In this document: positions 24,974 to 32,000 of the stretch, piece after piece
Layout of the letters: each line of letters begins with the position of its first letter
How positions within the stretch are numbered: position 1 is the first letter of the stretch
The notes under the pieces: generated by a model
Database searches by the model: none
Told to the model about the DNA's origin: nothing
The model's input: only the letters and a program-made list of their open reading frames with translations
Position numbers and translations under genes: made by a program
Assembly: GCA_001602455.1 (NCBI GenBank)
Contig: CP012157.1
Span: 25,733 to 57,732 of the forward strand
DNA from: Betaproteobacteria bacterium UKL13-2
GTDB lineage: Bacteria > Pseudomonadota > Gammaproteobacteria > Burkholderiales > Usitatibacteraceae
DNA length: 32,000 bases
Reading direction: 5' to 3'

Positions 24974-26947
24974 ATGCCCAACGTCTCGGACTATCTCAAA
25001 GCTCTACGCGGCCCAATTTTGGTTACAGGCGCCTCCGGATTTGTCGGCGCTAACTTGTATCACCTGATCGCAGCATCGAGAGACGATGTTTACGCGGTCG
25101 TCCAAAGCGAAAAAAACTGGCGTCTCGCCGACGCCAACTCGGAGAGAGTGCTTGCAGCCGATCTTAATGACTCGGCGGCCACCAAGAACTTAATCCAGAA
25201 CATCATGCCGCAAACAATCTTCGATTGTGTTGCTTACGGCGCATATCCTTTCGAAGATGATCCAAGTCTGATCTACCAGACTAATTTTCATGCGCTGGTC
25301 AATCTAGTCGGGCTGCTCGCCGCGCGTCCGATTAGCGCATACATCCATGCTGGTAGCTCTTCAGAATATGGGATCAACTGCACTGCCCCGATCGAAGGCA
25401 GCCCGTGCCTGCCCGACAGTCACTACGCCACCTCAAAAGTCGCGGCGTCTACATATCTTCATTTCATGGGTACGCAACGGCGGTTCCCGTGTGTTAATTT
25501 GCGGCTCTACTCGGTCTATGGCCCGCTGGAGGACACCTCTAGGCTGGTGCCTACGCTACTGCGTTCGGCGCTTGCTGGGCGCTTGCCCGCATTCGTCGAC
25601 GCGAGAACATCGAGAGATTTTGTCCACGTCGACGATGTTTGCGCAGCTTTCGTGATGGCCGCGGCCAGAATTCACCCCGGCCTATACGGTGGCGACTTCA
25701 ATATTGGCAGTGGCGTTAAAACAACCATTGCCGATTTGGCAGCGATTGCAAAAACCGTATTTGGTATCGACGAGGTGCCTCGCTTTAACGCGATGGAGGG
25801 ACGCACATGGGATCAACCAGATTGGTATGCCAACCCGAATAAGGCATTGGAATCGTTCGGCTGGAAGAGTGAGATCGGCCTGATTGAAGGACTCAAGACA
25901 ACAGTGAATTGGGTAGCCGAACTGAGCGCAGCCGAATTCGACTCCATCACCAAGAAAAACGCCAATCAACGCAAGCGCAGTGTATCGGCAATCGTTGCTT
26001 GTTATAAGGATGCTGAGGCAATTCCGATCATGCATCGGCGTCTGACCGATACCTTGACCCGCTTGAGTGTCGATTACGAAATCATTTTCGTCAACGACTG
26101 TAGCCCGGATGGGTCGGCCGAAATCATCCGCTCGATCAGCGACGCTGACACTCGCGTTATTGGCATTTCTCACTCACGAAATTTTGGTTCGCAGATGGCG
26201 TTTCGTAGCGGTATGGAACTTGCGTCTAAAGAAAGTGTTGTCCTGCTTGATGGTGACCTGCAAGATCCGCCCGAGTTGATTGCCGCATTCCATGAAAAGT
26301 GGCATCAAGGCTTTGACGTCGTCTATGGGCGACGCGTGAGCCGAGAGATGTCTTGGTTTTGGCGGAAGATGTACAAGCTTTTTTACCGGATCTTCGCGCG
26401 TTTTAGCTACGTGCAGGTTCCGCTCGATGCGGGAGATTTTTCACTCATGGATCGGCGCGTGGTCGGCTGGCTACTAAATTGCCCTGAGCGAGACCTGTTT
26501 ATGCGCGGCTTACGGGCTTATGTTGGCTTCAATCAAACTGGTGTCGACTACATCAGGCCCGCACGCATGTTTGGGGAATCGACCAATAGCATCCTCAACA
26601 ATCTGGACTGGGCTAAGAAAGGAATATTTTCATTTAGCAACACGCCGTTAACCGTGCTCACCACCGTCGGCGTGGTCTCACTTGCCGTGTCAACGCTAGC
26701 CGCATTAGTGGTTGCGCTTCTTCGCCTTTTTGTGCCGGATATCGCGCCACGCGGCGTAACAACGCTGCTCATTACGATCATCATGTTCGGCTCCCTCAAT
26801 TTGTTCGCGGCGGGACTCATTGGCGAATACATTGCAAAAATCATGTTCGAGGTAAAAGGTCGGCCTCGTCTCATTCGTTCGGCGCTTATCCGCAATGGCA
26901 AGACTACGGAGCTGCTGCCGGACGGCAAGCCACGAACATGGAGTTAA
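24974..26947 (+). CDS. fusion protein: N-terminal NAD-dependent epimerase/dehydratase (extended SDR) + C-terminal GT2 polyprenyl-phosphate glycosyltransferase (ArnC/GtrB/DPM1-like) with 2 C-terminal TM helices
   Basis: SDR part: VTGASGFVGANL Rossmann motif and YATSK catalytic motif (aa 1 to about 325). GT2 part: VSAIVACYKD, FVNDCSPDGS, LDGDLQDPPE, then two hydrophobic helices and GEYIAKI (aa about 335-657). Confidence 0.85.
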   Translation: MPNVSDYLKALRGPILVTGASGFVGANLYHLIAASRDDVYAVVQSEKNWRLADANSERVLAADLNDSAATKNLIQNIMPQTIFDCVAYGAYPFEDDPSLIYQTNFHALVNLVGLLAARPISAYIHAGSSSEYGINCTAPIEGSPCLPDSHYATSKVAASTYLHFMGTQRRFPCVNLRLYSVYGPLEDTSRLVPTLLRSALAGRLPAFVDARTSRDFVHVDDVCAAFVMAAARIHPGLYGGDFNIGSGVKTTIADLAAIAKTVFGIDEVPRFNAMEGRTWDQPDWYANPNKALESFGWKSEIGLIEGLKTTVNWVAELSAAEFDSITKKNANQRKRSVSAIVACYKDAEAIPIMHRRLTDTLTRLSVDYEIIFVNDCSPDGSAEIIRSISDADTRVIGISHSRNFGSQMAFRSGMELASKESVVLLDGDLQDPPELIAAFHEKWHQGFDVVYGRRVSREMSWFWRKMYKLFYRIFARFSYVQVPLDAGDFSLMDRRVVGWLLNCPERDLFMRGLRAYVGFNQTGVDYIRPARMFGESTNSILNNLDWAKKGIFSFSNTPLTVLTTVGVVSLAVSTLAALVVALLRLFVPDIAPRGVTTLLITIIMFGSLNLFAAGLIGEYIAKIMFEVKGRPRLIRSALIRNGKTTELLPDGKPRTWS

Positions 26948-27092
26948 ATTTTGGAATACAAACCAAGACCTCATGAATCGGGCATTTCTTATGTGTGGTG
27001 AGCGCAGTCGAATTGACGCTATTGATGCGGCACGGCGGTGGGGAAAATTATGCCGACATTTTGCGACGGAGTTTTGCGATGGATAATCTTTG

Positions 27093-28016
27093 ATGATGAC
27101 CCAGCGGATTGCAGTTGCCAGCCGAGACTGCCCAGTGTGCGAAACGCCGAGCGCTTCGGCGCAAATCTTCATGGAAAAAAACGTAGACCCTAGAAATCTT
27201 TCTGCGGCAAGCTATGCGTCGCGCAAAGAGCCGGAGTTCATGTGCCACCGACTTGTCAGATGCGAGACCTGCGATTTAGTGTACGTTGATCAGCCGCCAT
27301 CAGCCAGTACATTAGCAACCGCGTACCACGACGCCAGCTACGATAGCGAAGATGAGGCGGCTGACGCGGCTGAGATCTACTTTCAATCCATGCGATCGAC
27401 GCTCATGCGGCTTCGGCAACGTGAAGATGCGCTAGAAATTGGCGCCGGTTCAGGTGCATTCTTGAAGCAGCTCGCAGATAGTGGCTTTACTCGCGTCACG
27501 GGTATCGAGCCGTCGGTCGCGGCGATTTCAGCGGCACCAGCGGCAGTACGGCCGTGGCTGCGCCAAGGCATATTCATTGAAGCCGATTACCCGCCAGCCT
27601 CGTTTGATTTGATTTGTTGTTTCATGACGCTAGAGCATGTTCCAGATCCAAAGATAATCGCCAGCGCCTGTTGCGCTCTGCTACGGCCAGGTGGGGTATT
27701 TGTTACTGTGACGCATGACTATCGAAGCGTGGTCAATCGCATTCTCGGCCGCCGATCGCCCATTATCGATATCGAGCACATGCAGTTGTTTTCAGGCCGC
27801 AGCATACGGGAACTTTTTGAGCGCACTGGCTTTAGCAACGTCACAGTGGCGCCGTTCGCGAACCGCTATGCGCTAAAGTACTGGCTGCGGCTGACCCCGC
27901 TACCTCGGGCACTGAAGCAATCCGTCGCCGCCTTGCTTGCCGCGCTCGGCCTTGATCGTAAAAAGTTGGCCGTGAACGTCGGCAATGTTATCGCGACTGG
28001 GATCAAGCCGGGTTGA
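27093..28016 (+). CDS. class I SAM-dependent methyltransferase with N-terminal Cys4 zinc-ribbon
   Basis: CPVCE...CETCD, then SAM motif I LEIGAGSGAF. The track start at 27090 is a TTG, so I prefer the ATG at 27093. Confidence 0.8.
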   Translation: MMTQRIAVASRDCPVCETPSASAQIFMEKNVDPRNLSAASYASRKEPEFMCHRLVRCETCDLVYVDQPPSASTLATAYHDASYDSEDEAADAAEIYFQSMRSTLMRLRQREDALEIGAGSGAFLKQLADSGFTRVTGIEPSVAAISAAPAAVRPWLRQGIFIEADYPPASFDLICCFMTLEHVPDPKIIASACCALLRPGGVFVTVTHDYRSVVNRILGRRSPIIDIEHMQLFSGRSIRELFERTGFSNVTVAPFANRYALKYWLRLTPLPRALKQSVAALLAALGLDRKKLAVNVGNVIATGIKPG

Positions 28017-28280
28017 CCCCCTTGGTTATGGCGTGATTGCGCGTAAACCGTAAGCCGTCAATTTGTAACGAATATCGTTGGAAAAAATGGCTGGATTTTT
28101 TTGCGTCAGTGGATCCGAACAAAGCTGCCAGAAAAGCAGCAGACTCTTTGTCGTTTGCGTGCGTAGCATTGCCTTTCAAGGCCGTATCGGCATGGTTCGC
28201 TTTCACGCGACCGATTGAGCGACGCACGGCATCACCCTAAGCCGCAGACCATGTGACCCTTTGTATCGAAAAGACAGCTA

Positions 28281-30341
28281 ATGAAAGCAGCACGCGATAC
28301 TACGCTTCTAATTGAGCGGCTGGTGCCGACGATAATTGTCGCTGGTGCTCTAGCGGGTTGGAATGGCCTCGCCGTTGGCCAGATTTCCGTCGCCGGGTCT
28401 TTATTTTTTCTGGCGCTGGCCACGTTGAGCGTTGTGGTTGGCGGCGTGTTTGTCCGTCGTGTGCTCGGGCCTTCGCCAAAGTTCGCGAGTTATTCAATTC
28501 GACTTGTGATCGGCTTCCTAGCCCTAAACACGGTACTCTACGTGACGGTGTTGATCCTGCCGCTGCCAATCTCAGCATCCGCACTAATCGTATTAGTCGG
28601 TGGCATCGTACTTTGGTGGGCGCTCCGAGGCAATCTCGCGCTCGCGGACCAATTCAAGGCACCGCGCAGTGAATCATGGTTTTTACTGTTCTGTGTAATC
28701 GCCACAACGTTCTGGTGCCAAGACAGCTTCAGATTGCTGCTTGATGGCGCCAGTGAATCAACCCTCCAAGGATGGCCAGATACTTTTTTCCATCTCCGCC
28801 AGATCAGCGCATTTGCAGCGGCGCAGGGTTCGCAATCCCTGTCCGATATTCAAATGGCCGGCGCACCAACGCACCCGTACCATTTTGCAAGCTATATGCT
28901 GCCGGCGACGCTGTTATCGCTCACCTCGCAATCTTCGGTCCAAGTCTACGGTGGCACCTACCTCCCTTTCGGCCTGCTGCTGTTAGCGCTGGCGGCGTTT
29001 TCACTGCTCGCCAGCGTGTTTGGCAATCGGGCGGCGATGGCCGGTGCCGCCGCACTACTGTGTACGCCAGACGCCTCCCAACAAGGTTTTGGCAACAGCT
29101 TTCTCAGCTACCATTGGCTCCAGAATATCGCCCCTGCGGGCGTGTACTGCATTTCGATCTTGGCCGTGGCTTGGCTAACCATGTTCGAAGCGTGCCGTGA
29201 ACGGCGTCTGCTATTGGTCGGCGTTGCCTACGCCATCGCCGCCTGCGCGCTCGTTTTTAAAGCGCAATTTTTTGTTGCCGCAGCGTATCTGCTACTGGTG
29301 TTCCCAGCATTTTTTATGGTCGGAATCTCAACTAATGCGCGGCGACTTCACTTCTACGGTATGACGGCTATATTTGTGCTTACCGTCTATATCAGCCAGT
29401 TCGCGTCGAGCGTTCCCGTGTTACGCCTAGATGGCAGCGGAATCTCAGGCTATGGTTTCTCCCTGCTATCGGCCCAACGCGAGGGGATTTTCAGCAGCGC
29501 AGTCGCCTATGTGTTCGAAGTCGCAACTGGTGGCACTTTTGTCCTCGCTACCGCAGCAGTTCTGCTTTTCGGCACCTTCGGCGTATGGATCATCGTCTAC
29601 CCGCTCTTGTTCAATCGCGTACGGACGCGTTTTTCGCTCATGGCTGCGCTGTTCCCAGTGCTCATTGTGCTCAATTATTTAGTGATGTCGCAAGGTTTGG
29701 CGCTAGATTCTCGTGCGATAGGGCGTCCAGAAGAGCTACTACACCGACCGTTCGTCTGGGCTTACTTCATTTTCGTGATTTGGTCTGCCGCCGCTGTCTA
29801 TGCGATGCTACTGCCCGAGGAGAGCGCGGGCTCCGAGTCAGCATGGGGTGCACAGCAAGACCGCTTTGCCCCGGCTTTGGTGGCGTTCGTCGCAACGCTC
29901 GCGTTAGCGGTTCCGGCTTTCCTGGGGCGCGGCATCCATTCGTTAGTACTTTGGTATCCGGACGTTCGGGGCGTCGCAATTCCGTCATGCGTCGTTAAAT
30001 CGGCAAACTACATCCGCACTAACAGTAAGGCGTTAGATGTGGTGCAGGCCTCGGATAATGACCCTCATTTTGTGGTGAGCGCGCTAACAGAACGCCAATT
30101 ATTCGTCGCGGCAGTAGGCGGCGTTCGTACTCCTGAGGGCGTCTATCGACGACTCAGTCAAGTTAACTACCGACTCAACCGAATGACAGGTTCTGACGAG
30201 GTGGCCGCGTTTTTTAACCAGAACGGGATAGCTTGGTACTTGCGGCGCGCTGACGCCACGCTTACGTGGTCAGAAGTGACTGACAAATTCGTTGTGTTCC
30301 GCTGCGAGTCGGTTCGGGTCTACCATTTTCCGCCAAGCTGA
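28281..30341 (+). CDS. large polytopic membrane protein (13 or more predicted TM helices plus a ~130-aa C-terminal soluble domain), GT-C-like architecture, function unknown
   Basis: 686-aa ORF with many hydrophobic segments. It sits after the GT2 and methyltransferase genes. I recognised no diagnostic motif. Confidence 0.7.
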   Translation: MKAARDTTLLIERLVPTIIVAGALAGWNGLAVGQISVAGSLFFLALATLSVVVGGVFVRRVLGPSPKFASYSIRLVIGFLALNTVLYVTVLILPLPISASALIVLVGGIVLWWALRGNLALADQFKAPRSESWFLLFCVIATTFWCQDSFRLLLDGASESTLQGWPDTFFHLRQISAFAAAQGSQSLSDIQMAGAPTHPYHFASYMLPATLLSLTSQSSVQVYGGTYLPFGLLLLALAAFSLLASVFGNRAAMAGAAALLCTPDASQQGFGNSFLSYHWLQNIAPAGVYCISILAVAWLTMFEACRERRLLLVGVAYAIAACALVFKAQFFVAAAYLLLVFPAFFMVGISTNARRLHFYGMTAIFVLTVYISQFASSVPVLRLDGSGISGYGFSLLSAQREGIFSSAVAYVFEVATGGTFVLATAAVLLFGTFGVWIIVYPLLFNRVRTRFSLMAALFPVLIVLNYLVMSQGLALDSRAIGRPEELLHRPFVWAYFIFVIWSAAAVYAMLLPEESAGSESAWGAQQDRFAPALVAFVATLALAVPAFLGRGIHSLVLWYPDVRGVAIPSCVVKSANYIRTNSKALDVVQASDNDPHFVVSALTERQLFVAAVGGVRTPEGVYRRLSQVNYRLNRMTGSDEVAAFFNQNGIAWYLRRADATLTWSEVTDKFVVFRCESVRVYHFPPS

Positions 30342-30368
30342 TGGCCGTCTTTGGGGCATAGGCCACCC

Positions 30369-30565
30369 TAGCCTGAATGTTTCATTGGTCGCCCGCTGTG
30401 TCGAAGGGGGTTGCCTCTGAACGAGCGAATAACCAATTTGGATCGCTCCTCCTTCACCGTGGATGCAGGCTGCACGGTCGCTCTCGGGCGATTGGTCGGC
30501 CAAGCGAAAAATCGCTCGCCCACTCACCCACTTTCAAACGCACCCCCATGAAATATTCAGGCTAG
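30369..30565. mobile_element. 197-bp MITE-like element of the REP family (L arm, about 95-bp core, R arm)
   Basis: The termini TAGCCTGAATGTTTCATTGGTCGCCCGCTG... and ...TCGCCCACTCACCCACTTTCAAACGCACCCCCATGAAATATTCAGGCTAG are inverted repeats. No ORF. Confidence 0.8.
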
Positions 30566-30665
30566 CCCTTCGCCCCTGATAGGGTAGGCAATCGCTGGCT
30601 TAGCGTGCCAAGCGTTTGCTGCTGCGCCGGGGAGACACTGTTTATGTTGCTGGTTTGCCAACCAC

Positions 30666-30715
30666 TCAGAGGCAACGCCCTTCGACGCGGTGAGCGACCC
30701 ATGAAATACTCAGCC
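30666..30715 (-). repeat. REP-like element (L-type arm, reverse orientation)
   Basis: The reverse complement reads GGCTGAGTATTTCATGGGTCGCTCACCGCGTCGAAGGGCGTTGCCTCTGA. Confidence 0.8.
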
Positions 30716-30748
30716 TTATCCCCTTTCACGCTTGGCCCCGCGATGATG

Positions 30749-31993
30749 CTACCCCCGTACCGCCACCGGTCCGCAGGCCAGTGCGATGACGCGCATGGCG
30801 ACCGCATCGATCGGTTCGGTGCTGATCAGTTCTTCCACTAGGTCGGCACCATGGGGATTGTGAGTTACCTTGCTTGTGCGCACGATCTGTTGCATCCGCC
30901 CGGGCCCTGTCAGTTCGGCGATCACGCGCAATTCGAGGCCGGGCAGGTAGCGGCGCAAGACGCTGGTCAAGACACTACGTACCGCCTCACGCAGGGCTGG
31001 TTCGAAGGTGCCGTAGCAGGGGACGCCGTTCGCTCGGAAAGCGATGTCGACGTCGTCGCCGTTGTAGTCCCAGCCGCACAGATTCGAGCTAACGGTGGTC
31101 TGGATCACTAGGCCGACCTGGCTACGCCAATTCTGAACTTCGAAGCGCTCTGGCGATAGTGTTCTGACGATCTCGCCCCAACGGTCATCGGCCATCTGCG
31201 TCAACTCTTCTTCTCGTACCCGCGCGGCCTCAAGCTCGCCGCGTTGCTGCTCGTCAAATGCGCGCAGGACGGCGCGGACGCGATCTTGCAAGGCGGTAAG
31301 GGCTGGTGAGCCGGTGAGTATCTTAGGCAGATAGTGCTCAGCGAAAAGCATGAGCCGGTTGCGGCTTTCGTCATCCAACGTGTGGGCCTCGATCTCGGCG
31401 ACCAGCCGCGTGGCGGTCTGCTCCAGGCGATTGCGTAGGTCATTCTGCAAGGTTCTTACCGACTCGTAGACCTCAGCGATCGGCTTCTGGCTTCGGCCCT
31501 GAACCCAGTCTTGGTTTTTTTCGAAATTCTCCAGCCAATCGGCGCTGCGCAGCACTGCAGACCAGGTCTCAGGCATGCCAAGCTGCTGGTGTCCATCGAC
31601 CGCCCCAGCCAGCATCTCCGCCAGCGTCATCGAGTCGGTTTCGTCCTTCCAGTCTTCAATTTGGTGGTCGAGGGAAGTGCGGGACCTCGTGATGTCCTCA
31701 AGCAGTTCGGCGAGCCGGCTGCGGGCATAGGCTTCGCCAAAGGTCTTCATGCCGGAGTCGACTTCCTTCACCAGGCTCGCCGCTTCGGCGTCGCCACCTG
31801 CCTCTGCGGCGCTGCGCCGAATCCGGCCACTGACGTGATGAAGATTACTGACGATGAATCGGCTATCACCAGGGCTGCGGCCCTCTGTGACCAACATGGC
31901 GTCCTTGAGGTAGGTCCGGAACTCATCCATTGCATTCTTGGCCTCGTTCAACGCCTCGGTCGCGGCATGGCGATCCGACATTTTTCGCAGCAC
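30749..31993 (-). CDS. hypothetical protein, helical/coiled-coil-looking N-terminal two thirds and distinct C-terminal domain
   Basis: 414-aa ORF with coding-like composition and no family recognised. The track start at 31993 is a GTG and the frame stays open to the window edge. The first ATG is at 31981, so the N-terminus may be incomplete. Confidence 0.6.
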   Translation of the reverse strand: MLRKMSDRHAATEALNEAKNAMDEFRTYLKDAMLVTEGRSPGDSRFIVSNLHHVSGRIRRSAAEAGGDAEAASLVKEVDSGMKTFGEAYARSRLAELLEDITRSRTSLDHQIEDWKDETDSMTLAEMLAGAVDGHQQLGMPETWSAVLRSADWLENFEKNQDWVQGRSQKPIAEVYESVRTLQNDLRNRLEQTATRLVAEIEAHTLDDESRNRLMLFAEHYLPKILTGSPALTALQDRVRAVLRAFDEQQRGELEAARVREEELTQMADDRWGEIVRTLSPERFEVQNWRSQVGLVIQTTVSSNLCGWDYNGDDVDIAFRANGVPCYGTFEPALREAVRSVLTSVLRRYLPGLELRVIAELTGPGRMQQIVRTSKVTHNPHGADLVEELISTEPIDAVAMRVIALACGPVAVRG

Positions 31994-32000
31994 CGCAAGC

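Noticed and set aside
473-26173. Numerous long antisense or alternative-frame ORFs inside annotated genes (for example 473-1108, 1857-2450, 3433-3999, 10728-11117, 12534-12971, 22449-22949, 24056-24562, 25682-26173, 26705-27172)
   Set aside because: Each lies fully within a CDS that has strong family-level support on the other strand or frame. Such shadow ORFs are typical of moderately GC-rich DNA.
28017-28280. ORFs 28037-28240 (+) and 28003-28227 (-) in the gap between the methyltransferase and the membrane protein
   Set aside because: They are mutually overlapping and short, with no SD and odd composition. The gap is more likely a promoter or UTR region.

Overview
This is a proteobacterial chromosome segment, betaproteobacterium-like by synteny, with mid-50s % GC judged by eye. 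I had no tools, so all calls come from reading the sequence and the ORF track.

**Layout**
- 1-5933: core housekeeping genes. These are gap-pgk-pyk on the minus strand and rdgB-hemW on the plus strand.
- 6232-10279: a 4.05-kb non-coding higher-order tandem array. It has 28 copies of an 81-bp hairpin module (A) and 16 copies of a 113-bp module (B), giving only 194-bp and 275-bp units. This is the most unusual object in the window.
- 10507-12782: a PAS/HD-GYP c-di-GMP phosphodiesterase, followed by a membrane protein with six 24-residue MshEN-type c-di-GMP-binding motifs arranged 24-5-24 three times.
- 12962-21239: a phosphorus-scavenging neighbourhood. It holds Tat-lipoprotein PhoD, a PhnZ-like HD oxygenase, the phosphite-oxidation operon ptxABCD and a divergent LysR regulator. 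Decayed gene fragments and small basic ORFs lie between them.
- 21480-23045: an SGNH hydrolase and a REP-associated Y1 transposase (RAYT-like).
- 23252-30341: a glycan or lipid-carrier modification cluster. It has a split transketolase (the N-subunit carries two frameshifts), an SDR epimerase/dehydratase fused to a GT2 polyprenyl-phosphate glycosyltransferase, a SAM methyltransferase and a 686-aa polytopic membrane protein.
- 30749-31993: an uncharacterised protein whose N-terminus may run off the window.

A REP/REPIN/MITE-like family (GCCTGAATRTTTCATGGGTCGCC... / ...CCCCCATGAAATRTTCAGGCTA) occupies at least seven intergenic sites. No rRNA, tRNA, CRISPR array or cas genes were seen.
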